Shown: piece by piece, positions 1 to 9,092 of the stretch
Layout: the number at the start of each line of letters is the position of its first letter
Numbering within the stretch: position 1 is the first letter of the stretch
DNA from: Methanomassiliicoccales archaeon
GTDB taxonomy: Archaea > Thermoplasmatota > Thermoplasmata > Methanomassiliicoccales > UBA472
Length of the DNA stretch: 64,000 bases
Reading direction: 5' to 3'
Assembly (NCBI GenBank): GCA_040768245.1
Contig: JAXGNA010000010.1
Coordinates: 2,372 to 66,371 of the forward strand
Made by a program: the position numbers and the translations under genes
Notes under the pieces: model-generated
The model's database searches: none
The model's input: only the letters and a program-made list of their open reading frames with translations
Told to the model about the DNA's origin: nothing

Positions 1-1
1 C

Positions 2-133
2 ACCGAGGACTACCGCATGCTTACCGGGGTCTTCTGGCTGCTGGTCGGTCTGATCGCTACCTACATGGGTGCCGCCATCACCATGCTGGTGATGAAGGGC
101 AAGCCGGTCCTTCCGCTGCTCATAAAGGCCTAG
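2..133 (+). CDS. C-terminal fragment of a membrane protein, possibly SatP/GPR1/FUN34/YaaH acetate uptake family (5' truncated)
   Basis: Frame 2 reads TEDYRMLTGVFWLLVGLIATYMGAAITMLVMKGKPVLPLLIKA*. Hydrophobic helix ending in G-x-x-V-L-P, as in SatP-type C-termini; pyrimidine-rich terminator-like tract follows. Confidence 0.45.
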   Translation, partial: TEDYRMLTGVFWLLVGLIATYMGAAITMLVMKGKPVLPLLIKA

Positions 134-220
134 GTAGGACGAGCAAAATAAACGCCATAAACCCTTTCCCATTTCTAATTTTTACAAAGCTTCAACAATT
201 AACATGGCCATGCTCTAGAT

Positions 221-1030
221 ATGACCGGGGAACGATCCCGCTGGTGCTGTGAGGATCTGGACGAGGCGATCGAGCTGGTGAGCAAGCGGAATCGGCAGGG
301 GATCCGTTGCGTGATCGATCCCCTGGGAGAGCTGGCCAAGGACGAAGCTGCGGCCGACAGGGCGCTCTCCGCGACCATCCAGACCATCGAAGCGATATCC
401 CGTCACGGTCTGCACGCCTCGATCGCGCTTAAACCGACCGCCCTCGGCGCGGCCTATGACCTTGATCTATGTTTCCGGCTGGCAAGTCGGGCAACGCGAG
501 TGGCTTGGAACGAAGGTATCGCGGTCGAGCTGGACATGGAGGCCCGGAAGTACGTGGACGAAACGCTGCGCCTGGCCACGGTTCTTTTAGAGAACGGTCG
601 TGGACCGTTAAGCATCGCCCTCCAGGCATATCTTTACCGGACCCCCATGGACGCCAGGCGCATGGACATGGTCGGGGCGAAGGTACGGCTGGTGAAGGGC
701 GCGTACGCCGGGGACCTAGAAGACTTCGACGGCATAACCGCGGCCATGATGGATAACATCGATCTGCTCGCGACCATGGGAAGACCTTTCAGCATCGGCA
801 CTCATGATCCTCGGATCATCGAACGCATTTGGAAGAATCGGGGATTGAAGGGCCTGTTGGAGGTAGGTATGCTCAAAGGGCTTGGAGACGAAACAAAGAT
901 CAAGCTAGCCGGTAAGGGGTGGGCGGTCGCCGAGTATGTTCCTTACGGCAAGGACTCCTATGCTTACGTCACTAGACGAGAGAACTATCTACGGAACTTG
1001 GGGAAGATAGGGTATGAACCTTGTCCGTGA
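221..1030 (+). CDS. Proline dehydrogenase family protein (monofunctional, FAD)
   Basis: Motifs DPLGE, ALKPTALG, LDME, LQAYLYRT, VRLVKGAY, GTHD, YVPYG..Y..RR. Confidence 0.85.
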   Translation: MTGERSRWCCEDLDEAIELVSKRNRQGIRCVIDPLGELAKDEAAADRALSATIQTIEAISRHGLHASIALKPTALGAAYDLDLCFRLASRATRVAWNEGIAVELDMEARKYVDETLRLATVLLENGRGPLSIALQAYLYRTPMDARRMDMVGAKVRLVKGAYAGDLEDFDGITAAMMDNIDLLATMGRPFSIGTHDPRIIERIWKNRGLKGLLEVGMLKGLGDETKIKLAGKGWAVAEYVPYGKDSYAYVTRRENYLRNLGKIGYEPCP

Positions 1031-1326
1031 TAGGTTCGTAGTTCCAATTCAACCTTTAACGATAGTAGATTTTTCCGAATGCTCTTTTTCCACGTAAAAC
1101 CAGGGCTTAGAACCCGATTTAGACCCCTTTCAAGTTGATGTTAGGGAGTCCGTCGCATACAAATTTGAACTGGTTTGTACAACAAACTATCAAAAGACAT
1201 CAAAATATTGAAAAATATATTTTTAATAATTATATCTAAACATATATGGATATTAGTGTTATCTAAAAACATTAAATAATTAATTATATTATAACTATGT
1301 ATAATCATAATACTATGGTGTTTCCA

Positions 1327-1473
1327 ATGTCCGAGGGAAAGACGACGATACAACTGACCGAGGCAACGAGGGACCGGCTCTACAAATTGAAGTTCCGCCG
1401 GACCTATGACCAATTTTTGAACGAGCTATGCGATCTCTACGAGGCAGAGGAGAAAAAAGGCCAAAATAAATGA
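1327..1473 (+). CDS. Small ribbon-helix-helix/antitoxin-like DNA-binding protein (48 aa, below ORF-track cutoff)
   Basis: MSEGKTTIQLTEATRDRLYKLKFRRTYDQFLNELCDLYEAEEKKGQNK*. TTI.L...TRDRL...K....TYD..L..L pattern; GGTG RBS at 1317-1320; coding-like composition within an AT-rich spacer. Confidence 0.7.
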   Translation: MSEGKTTIQLTEATRDRLYKLKFRRTYDQFLNELCDLYEAEEKKGQNK

Positions 1474-1646
1474 TAATTATTCAGTTGTAATGGTTTATAG
1501 TAATTATAAATATGTAGTATAGCTACGAACTAAACAAATATATTATTATATTTAACACAGCTCAATTTCTTCAGATTTTTCAGTTCTGATCGGACGAGAA
1601 GGATTATTAAGCCGCCCGCTCCCATAGCAGACCCAGTGATATTCTC

Positions 1647-2177
1647 ATGAAGGCAAGCATAGAGAAAGCGTTGAACGAGCAGATCAACGCCGAGATCTAC
1701 TCGGCCTATCTGTACAAGTCCATGGAGATGTACCTTCAGTCGGTCGACCTTCCCGGAATGGCCAACTGGATGAAAGTGCAGGTACAGGAAGAACTGGCCC
1801 ACGCCGAGGGATTGATCCAGTTCGTCAACCTCCGGGGCGGACGCGTTCTGCTCACGGCCATCGATGCTCCCAAGAAGGAATGGAGGTCCCCTGCCGAGGT
1901 CTTCTCAGACGCGTACGACCACGAGTCTAAGGTGGTCACGGTCAAGATCCATAAGCTGGTCGATCTTGCCATAAAGGAGAAGGACCACGCCTTCAACCAG
2001 TTCCTGCAATGGTATGTGGCCGAGCAGGTGGAAGAGGAGGACAACACCTCAACGATATTAAGGAAGCTGAAGAAGATCGGTGACCACATCCCGAGCCTGA
2101 TGCAGGTGGACGCCCAGCTGGCGACTAGGGCGTTCAAGGCGCCAGTGATACCTGGCACGACCGTAGGCGGACCTTAA
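1647..2177 (+). CDS. ftn: Ferritin (non-heme)
   Basis: LNEQINAEIYSAYLY, EELAHA, HE, FLQWYVAEQVEEE ferroxidase motifs. Confidence 0.93.
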   Translation: MKASIEKALNEQINAEIYSAYLYKSMEMYLQSVDLPGMANWMKVQVQEELAHAEGLIQFVNLRGGRVLLTAIDAPKKEWRSPAEVFSDAYDHESKVVTVKIHKLVDLAIKEKDHAFNQFLQWYVAEQVEEEDNTSTILRKLKKIGDHIPSLMQVDAQLATRAFKAPVIPGTTVGGP

Positions 2178-2189
2178 AAAACTCAAAAG

Positions 2190-2216
2190 GCAGGGGAACT
2201 CCCCTGCATTTTTTTT
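2190..2216 (+). terminator. GC hairpin plus T-tract between convergent ferritin and fasciclin genes
   Basis: GCAGGGG-AACT-CCCCTGC followed by ATTTTTTTT; A-runs on the other side suggest bidirectional use. Confidence 0.65.
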
Positions 2217-2226
2217 CTTAACCAGT

Positions 2227-2679
2227 TTACGGAAGCAGGACCTTGTTCACCACGTGGATGTATCCGTTCCGGCACTTTATGTTGCCGCGGATGATGGTGG
2301 CCCCGGCGACCTTCAGAAGTCCCTTGGCATCGACGGCCAATTCCTTCTGGTCAGCGGTGGCGACACTTGGCTTCGCCGCTACCTGGTCATAGGACAATGC
2401 GCCCTCCACTACGTGGTGGGTCAGCACGGCCTTCAACTTGGCCTTGTCCTTCAGCAACGCCTCGACCGTCCCATCTGGCAGGTCGATGAAGGCTGAGTTG
2501 TTGGGAACGAACACGGTGAACGGTCCCTTCTTACCCAGCAGATCTACCAATCCAGCTTCCTTCAGTGCCACGACGAGAGTCTTGTAGTCGTCGTCCGCTG
2601 CCACCGTCTGTGCGATGGTCTTCAGGTTAGGGTCAGCGACCCAAGATCCCTTCTTCTTGAATATATCGAAGAATCCCAT
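2227..2679 (-). CDS. Fasciclin (FAS1) domain protein
   Basis: GPFTVFVPNNSAF (H1) and NGYIHVVNKVLLP (H2) motifs. Probable start MGFFDIFKKK; no signal peptide. Confidence 0.9.
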   Translation of the reverse strand: MGFFDIFKKKGSWVADPNLKTIAQTVAADDDYKTLVVALKEAGLVDLLGKKGPFTVFVPNNSAFIDLPDGTVEALLKDKAKLKAVLTHHVVEGALSYDQVAAKPSVATADQKELAVDAKGLLKVAGATIIRGNIKCRNGYIHVVNKVLLP

Positions 2680-3039
2680 GAAATCCCTGGGGTCGAATTT
2701 GACTTGTATCAATATAAAACCATACTATTAACGCGATAAAGTTCCCAATTTCCATTTTCTAATATATAAAAAAAATTTCCAGATGTTCAGGGTATAATCA
2801 ATAAAACACGAAAGATATTTATAATCGGGATAAACGCCAACCTGAAAAACTTTTCAAAATCATCTAGTTTATGTTAATGCTTAATAAAAATACATAATAA
2901 AGATACAACTTAATAAATTAAATAATAATCGAAATGAATATTATAGTAATCAAAAATAATTGTATATTTTCATCATTCAATTCAAATATGTTAAAGTCAA
3001 TATATTTCCTAACTTCCTTAATAAACGGAGGGATTTGGG

Positions 3040-5808
3040 ATGCAAACAAACAAGCTGAGAGCATCAGCCGTAGCTTGGATACTGTTGGTGCCCTTGTTCA
3101 TGGGTCTCTTTTTCATCGGCGGCAGCAATGCTATGGACCCGCCGGTGCTGGATGAGACGTCTTGGACCAAGGGCATCATTGATCAAAGCTCTGATGTCAA
3201 GAACATAGTTAGCCAAGACACAGATTCGAACGGATACCTCTACGTGAGCTATTATGACAATATCGGTCAGAACCTCATGTTCGCCACCAATTCAGGAGGC
3301 GTGTGGACCACTGAGATAGTGGACAACAGCGATGGGATCAATGGCCAATACAACTCGATAGCCGTCGGTGGGGATGGAACTGTCCATATATGCTACTACG
3401 ATTACGCCGATGATTGCCTAAGGTACGCCGTGAAATCTACGGGTGTCTGGGCGATATCTGTCGTAGGTGTCGATGACAGCGTGGGCAAGTATAACTCCAT
3501 GGTGCTGGACGAGGACGGGAACGCCCACATCGTCTACCAGGACGCGCACGACGAGGTAATGAAATACGCCAACAACGTCGGTGGGACCTGGCAAATATCC
3601 ACGTTATACGGTTTCAACGTGTACGCCACCGCTCTGACGATCACGGATGACGGAATCCTCAACACCGCATTTGTCGGTCAGAACGGTAAGATCAATTACG
3701 CCAGGCTGGTCGCAGGCAACTGGACGATGCCAGAGATAGTCGACGACGCTCCGGGCATTTCCCCCGGTGTCGATATTGATGTCGTGGACGGAAAGATATG
3801 CGTTGCATACTCCAGCGCGGCGAAGGGATTGAAATTCGCCGTCCGGAACGATCTGAACGACTGGGCGAAAGAGGACGTCGATAGCACCAGCAGCACCGTT
3901 TCCTGGGTGTCCTTGGACGTGGATTCCCTGGACCGCGTGCACATTACCTACTATTCTTTCCCGAGCCTCAACTACGCTAAGTTCGATGGCGTCTGGAGCC
4001 TGTCTATGGTCGATGAGAACGGCGGCAAGTGCAGCTCGATCGTATCCGACCCGAACGACAAGCAGCACGTGGTCTACATAGACGCGGAAACGGTCACCTC
4101 GCATCTGAGCTATATGACCAACTCCGGAGCCAGATGGATCAGTGAAGTGGTCGACGAGGGCGGGGATCTTGATAAGGTCAGTTCCATCGTCCTTGATGAC
4201 GACGGTAACGTCCACATCGCCTACTTCGATGATTACGAGGCAAACAACACCACCCGTGGAAGGCTTTGCTACGCCAACGACATGGATGGATGGAACGTCA
4301 CCGTGGTCGACGACAGCACCGCCATGACCGGGCTGAACCCATCCATCGCATTGGATTCGGCGGGATGGGTACATATCGCTTACTTCGACAACTCGGTAGG
4401 ACAGAAGGTCTTGAAGTACGTCAATAACGAGGGCGGTAACTGGAGCGTTCCGATAATCCTCCTTCCAGGCACAGCCGATGTCGGTCGGTTCAGTGCAATC
4501 GCGGTGGATGGAGAAGGGACCGTTCACATCGCATACTACTATCAGGGATCTAAGGACCTCATGTACTCGAACAACAGGCAAGGATTCTGGGTCCCCGAGT
4601 CGATAGACAATTCTCATTCGGTGGAAGGCCGTGTATCTCTGGCTCTAAATTCCAGCGGTATGCCGCAGGTGGCCTACTATAACGATGATGGATTGATGTA
4701 CGCAAAGCGCAACGCGACATCTTGGGGCTCCACCATGCTGGACGCCAACAATGAGCTCGGTGGCGGGATCTCCCTGTTCATCGACGCTCAAGACCAGTCA
4801 TACATAACGTACCACAACGAGGACCTGACCCTGCTGAAGTACATCAACAACGTCGGTGGGGAGTGGAACAACGCCACGATAATCGCTTCCGATGGGGACG
4901 TGGGTGCGGATAGCGCCATAAGCGTTGACCAGAACGGGGACGAGCATATCGCATATGTGGAATCCACCGGCGATGGCACCCTGAACTACGTCGAGAGGCG
5001 GAGCGGTATCTGGATGTTCCAGAGCGTGGACGTGGAGGGTTGCGGCGACCGCATCTCCATGGCCATGGACGCAATGGGTCGTGCTCACGTGAGCTATTTC
5101 GACCCTGTGAACAAGGATCTCCGTTACGCCACGGTGGTGTCAGTACCATCCGCTCCGACCAACCTTACCGTAGAATCTGAGGACGGTCGTCTCGAACTGA
5201 GCTGGCAAGCTCCGACCAACGATGGCGGCTCCAACATAACCGGCTACCGTATCTACTGGTCCAATTCGACCGGTGGTCCGTTCAATCTCCTTGCAGAGGT
5301 TGAAGCCGATGTGACCGAGTACAGCCACACAGGTTTGACGAACGGGGTTACCATCCACTACCGGGTCCGATCTGTGAATTCGGAAGGTAACAGCCCTTAC
5401 TCCAATGATGGAGCCGGTACCCCCTGTGTCCTGCCCGGAGCGCCTAACGTGGACGCCGAAGGTAAGGACAAGGCCGTGGTCCTGGACTGGGACGCGCCTG
5501 ACAACGGTGGAGCGGCCATCGAGAAGTACAACATCTACCGCAAGAACGAGACCGGCGTGTACCACCTGATCGCCACCGTCGATGGGGGCGTCACCTACTA
5601 CAAGGACACTGGCCTTGAGAACGGGAAGGAATACTTCTACTATGTTACCGCGGTGAATCCCGCCGGTGAGGGGCCGGAGAGCGATCCCGTCTCCGCGACT
5701 CCCGACGAGGGCATGGACACGATGCTCATAATCGTGATCGTCATCGTCGTGCTGGCCGCGGTCGGTGTAGGCGTGTTCTTCTTCCTCAAGAAGAGCGGCC
5801 GGATCTAA
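3040..5808 (+). CDS. Membrane-anchored surface protein: tandem beta-propeller-like repeats, two fibronectin type III domains, C-terminal TM anchor
   Basis: N-terminal signal peptide. Recurring ~48-aa unit W...VD...VG..SIA.D..G.VHI.YYD....L.YA; FN3 motifs PSAPTNL..LSWQAP..GY.IY..YRVRSVN; C-terminal hydrophobic helix followed by KK. Confidence 0.8.
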   Translation: MQTNKLRASAVAWILLVPLFMGLFFIGGSNAMDPPVLDETSWTKGIIDQSSDVKNIVSQDTDSNGYLYVSYYDNIGQNLMFATNSGGVWTTEIVDNSDGINGQYNSIAVGGDGTVHICYYDYADDCLRYAVKSTGVWAISVVGVDDSVGKYNSMVLDEDGNAHIVYQDAHDEVMKYANNVGGTWQISTLYGFNVYATALTITDDGILNTAFVGQNGKINYARLVAGNWTMPEIVDDAPGISPGVDIDVVDGKICVAYSSAAKGLKFAVRNDLNDWAKEDVDSTSSTVSWVSLDVDSLDRVHITYYSFPSLNYAKFDGVWSLSMVDENGGKCSSIVSDPNDKQHVVYIDAETVTSHLSYMTNSGARWISEVVDEGGDLDKVSSIVLDDDGNVHIAYFDDYEANNTTRGRLCYANDMDGWNVTVVDDSTAMTGLNPSIALDSAGWVHIAYFDNSVGQKVLKYVNNEGGNWSVPIILLPGTADVGRFSAIAVDGEGTVHIAYYYQGSKDLMYSNNRQGFWVPESIDNSHSVEGRVSLALNSSGMPQVAYYNDDGLMYAKRNATSWGSTMLDANNELGGGISLFIDAQDQSYITYHNEDLTLLKYINNVGGEWNNATIIASDGDVGADSAISVDQNGDEHIAYVESTGDGTLNYVERRSGIWMFQSVDVEGCGDRISMAMDAMGRAHVSYFDPVNKDLRYATVVSVPSAPTNLTVESEDGRLELSWQAPTNDGGSNITGYRIYWSNSTGGPFNLLAEVEADVTEYSHTGLTNGVTIHYRVRSVNSEGNSPYSNDGAGTPCVLPGAPNVDAEGKDKAVVLDWDAPDNGGAAIEKYNIYRKNETGVYHLIATVDGGVTYYKDTGLENGKEYFYYVTAVNPAGEGPESDPVSATPDEGMDTMLIIVIVIVVLAAVGVGVFFFLKKSGRI

Positions 5809-5890
5809 GAACGAGGGCTCCCGCCCTCCCCTTTCCCTATTTTCATTTTTCCCAACCTCAGTTTTATAACCAAAGTGGTCATTGTGAAGG

Positions 5891-7315
5891 TTGATGGCTG
5901 ACGATTGGACCGAGCTCTACCGTCCCCGGGGACTATCCGAAGTGGTGGGCAACCCCAAGGTCATCAAGGACCTGCAGCAGTGGGCCTTGTCCTGGGAGGA
6001 AGGTCATCCCGAGTTCAAGGCGGTGGTCCTCATGGGCCCCCCCGGAGTAGGCAAGACCAGCGCCGCCCTGGCTCTGGCCAGGGACTTCAAATGGGGGGTG
6101 GTGGAGATGAACGCCTCCGACCAGCGCAACGCCGACGCCATCAAGAAGGTGGCCATCCGCGGTTCGCGCTCGGAGACGTTCACCGACGAGGGCGAGTTCC
6201 TGTCCAGCAAGGAGGGAAATCTCAAGCTCATCATCCTGGACGAAGCGGACAACATATTCGGCCGCGAGGACGCCGGCGGGATCCCAGCCATCGCGGAACT
6301 GGTGGCCAACACCCGACAGCCAGTTATCCTGATAGTCAATGATTTCTACGAGCTGAGCCGAAAAAGCTCGGCCATCAAGAACAACACCCTGCAGCTCAAG
6401 GTCTCCAAGGTGCAGGCGGCGACCATGCGGAACGTGCTCCGCAGGATCGCCATCGACCAGGGGCTGGAGGTTCCGCAGAGGGTGTTCGAGACGATCATCG
6501 AGAACTCCAATGGGGACATGAGGGCGGCGGTCCGCGACCTCCAGGCGGTGGGTGAAGGGAACGCGGACATGGGCGAGGATGACGCGTTCGTGCTGGAGAG
6601 CCGGATGTCGGTACGGAGCATGTACGACCTGATGCGCGACATACTTCACGAGTCGGACTCGCGGAGGGCAAGGCGCACGGCCATGGATGTCGACGAGACG
6701 CCGGAGCACATCATGATGTGGCTGGACGAGAACGTCCCCCTGGAGTACAAGGACCCCGAGGACGTCCATAGGGCGTTCCAGCACCTGGCGAGGACCAGCA
6801 CCTTCCTGGCCAGGGTCACCCGGCGCCAGTACTATGGGTTCTGGTCCTACGCCAACGATCACAACGTCATCGGGGTATGCTCTGCAAAATCCCGGCCGAA
6901 CCGGGGCTGGGTGCAGTACCGGTTCCCCGGCTACATCATGAAGATGTCCCGCAGCAAGGCCTTCCGTTCCATGCGCTCCGGGATATCCTCCAAGATCTCC
7001 CAGCACACCCATACCTCGACCCGCCGTTCAGCGCAGGACATCCTTCCCTATCTGGCACAGATGTTCAGGGCCGATCCAGAGTTCCGCTTGTCCATGATCA
7101 ACACCCTTCGCCTGAGCACCGAGGAGGTGGCCTTCCTGCTGGACAAGAAGGTCGATTCCGCAGAGGTCAAGAAGCTGATGCTGGAGTCGGAGAAGATCAG
7201 GATGAGCAGGGAGCAGCCATCGAGGCCGGCGGCCGAGAAGGTCGAGGAGAAGTTGGAAAGGCCGGAAAAAAGACCGGAGCCGAAGGGGAAGCAGGCCTCC
7301 CTCTTCGAATATTAG
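5891..7315 (+). CDS. rfcL: Replication factor C large subunit
   Basis: WTELYRP, GPPGVGKTS, EMNASD, DEAD, GDMRAAVRDLQ; C-terminal PIP box QASLFEY. Confidence 0.95.
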   Translation: MMADDWTELYRPRGLSEVVGNPKVIKDLQQWALSWEEGHPEFKAVVLMGPPGVGKTSAALALARDFKWGVVEMNASDQRNADAIKKVAIRGSRSETFTDEGEFLSSKEGNLKLIILDEADNIFGREDAGGIPAIAELVANTRQPVILIVNDFYELSRKSSAIKNNTLQLKVSKVQAATMRNVLRRIAIDQGLEVPQRVFETIIENSNGDMRAAVRDLQAVGEGNADMGEDDAFVLESRMSVRSMYDLMRDILHESDSRRARRTAMDVDETPEHIMMWLDENVPLEYKDPEDVHRAFQHLARTSTFLARVTRRQYYGFWSYANDHNVIGVCSAKSRPNRGWVQYRFPGYIMKMSRSKAFRSMRSGISSKISQHTHTSTRRSAQDILPYLAQMFRADPEFRLSMINTLRLSTEEVAFLLDKKVDSAEVKKLMLESEKIRMSREQPSRPAAEKVEEKLERPEKRPEPKGKQASLFEY

Positions 7316-7322
7316 GTGAAAC

Positions 7323-8264
7323 ATGAAGAACGACCTGCGGGAGATCTTGCAGAAGCAGCAGTACCGGCTGTGCGGAGAGCACGCTGGTGTCAAGCTCTGC
7401 CACTGGATGAAGCAGAGCCTTCTGAAGGGCCGTACCTGCTACAAGCAGGACTTCTACGGCATCCGCTCTCACCGCTGTCTGCAGATGACCCCGGCGGTGA
7501 ACGACTGCACTCACAACTGCCTGTTCTGCTGGCGAGTACGGGGGTTCGAGTCCACGGTCACCAAGTGGCAGGACCCGGAGACGGTGCTTGACACCTGCAT
7601 AGAGGGGCAGCGACAACTGGTCACCGGGTTCAAGGGCGATCCCCGCTGCTCGCCGGCCATGTGGGACGAGGCCCGAGAACCTCGTCAGGTTGCCATATCA
7701 TTGGCCGGGGAGCCGACCATCTATCCCTATCTGGGGGATTTCATCGAGCTGTGCCACCGGCGGGGGATGACCACCTTCCTGGTGACCAACGGCACCTTCC
7801 CGAAGGTGCTCGAGGAGCTTTCGGAGCTACCCACCCAGCTCTATGTCACCGTCGCCGCTCCTAATCGGGAGATATACAAAAAGCTCTGCGTGCCCAGGAT
7901 CGACGATGGTTGGGAGCGACTGATGGAAACGCTCGAGCTTCTGCCGTCCCTCGATACCCGGACGGTCATCAGGCACACCCTGGTCAAGGACTGGAACCTG
8001 GGCTGGGAGAAGGAGTACGCCGCCCTGGACCGTGCGGCAGACCCGACGTTCGTAGAGCCTAAAGGCTTCGTTTTCGTCGGGGACTCGCGGCGCAGGATGT
8101 CCATGGACAACATGCCCTCCCACGCCGAGGTGCTGGAGTTCGGAAGGCGGGTGGCCGACGATCTGGGGATATGCCTGCTCCAGGAAAAGTCGGACAGCCG
8201 GGTGGCCGTCTTCGGCGCGGAAGGCACGGATACCAAGATCCCCGGTCTGGATCAGAGCGGGTGA
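7323..8264 (+). CDS. taw1: 4-demethylwyosine synthase (radical SAM, TYW1/Taw1)
   Basis: HAGVKLCHW, CYKQDFYGIRSHRCLQMTP, CTHNCLFCWR, ISLAGEPT. Confidence 0.95.
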   Translation: MKNDLREILQKQQYRLCGEHAGVKLCHWMKQSLLKGRTCYKQDFYGIRSHRCLQMTPAVNDCTHNCLFCWRVRGFESTVTKWQDPETVLDTCIEGQRQLVTGFKGDPRCSPAMWDEAREPRQVAISLAGEPTIYPYLGDFIELCHRRGMTTFLVTNGTFPKVLEELSELPTQLYVTVAAPNREIYKKLCVPRIDDGWERLMETLELLPSLDTRTVIRHTLVKDWNLGWEKEYAALDRAADPTFVEPKGFVFVGDSRRRMSMDNMPSHAEVLEFGRRVADDLGICLLQEKSDSRVAVFGAEGTDTKIPGLDQSG

Positions 8265-9043
8265 CCTTTTAGGAACTTCAGGACGTGCGAGCAGCACCGG
8301 TCGGCCGGGATGATGTGGCCGGCGCCCGGGATCCACACCAGCTCGGAACCATCTATATGCCCCGCCAGCTCGCGGGCGAAGTGGGGGGCGACCATGATGT
8401 CCTCGTCACCGTGGATGATCAATGTCGGAACGGTTATCTTATCCAGATGGTCATGGCTGTCGAACAGGTCCAGGGCCAGCTTCTGTGCCTTGAAACCCTC
8501 GGCGGCCCTTTTTCCGTTCCCGTTGCAGCGCCGCTGCGCTGGTTTCGCCAAAGCCAGTTTCCGGAAGTAATCCTCGGGCAGGCACCAGGATTGCATGAGC
8601 TCCATGAGGGAGTCGAAGGTGGCCCCTTCGTCCACCGTCCTGATCATGGTGTCGATGGCGAAGGAAGAGCGCTCCGGGCGCCGGGTGTAGGTGGACATGA
8701 GCACGAGAGACCCGACCTTGGAGGGATGATCGATGGCCACTCTCTGGGCGACGTTGCCGCCCATGGACCACCCCAGCACATGGTAGCGGTCGCGACCCAG
8801 ATGTTCCATCAGACCGGCCACGTCATCGGCCAGGGTGCTCATGGTGAAAAGAGTCGGAGGATAATCGGTCTCCCCCGCCCCACGGTTGTCCAGGATGACG
8901 ACCTCGTAGGACCTCGACAGAAGGGGTATGAACTTCTTCCAAAAGGCCATCTCCCCGCCCAGGCCGGTGATGAGGACCAGCGGTTCCCCTTCCCCGTGAA
9001 CCTGGAAATTGATGCGAGCGTCCCCGATATCGACCTTGGGCAT
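8252..9043 (-). CDS. Alpha/beta hydrolase (enol-lactonase-like)
   Basis: GWSMGG nucleophile elbow, DNRGAG, HGDED, GAGH. Confidence 0.9.
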   Translation of the reverse strand: MPKVDIGDARINFQVHGEGEPLVLITGLGGEMAFWKKFIPLLSRSYEVVILDNRGAGETDYPPTLFTMSTLADDVAGLMEHLGRDRYHVLGWSMGGNVAQRVAIDHPSKVGSLVLMSTYTRRPERSSFAIDTMIRTVDEGATFDSLMELMQSWCLPEDYFRKLALAKPAQRRCNGNGKRAAEGFKAQKLALDLFDSHDHLDKITVPTLIIHGDEDIMVAPHFARELAGHIDGSELVWIPGAGHIIPADRCCSHVLKFLKGHPL

Positions 9044-9092
9044 CGGACGGCGGGATTAGGCTTGTGCTATTTGTCCTTATTCCCTTGACAGG

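Noticed and set aside
1213-1240. TTATATCTAAA resembling one arm of an archaeal dif (XerA) site
   Set aside because: No matching left arm at the 6-nt spacing; expected by chance in AT-rich DNA.
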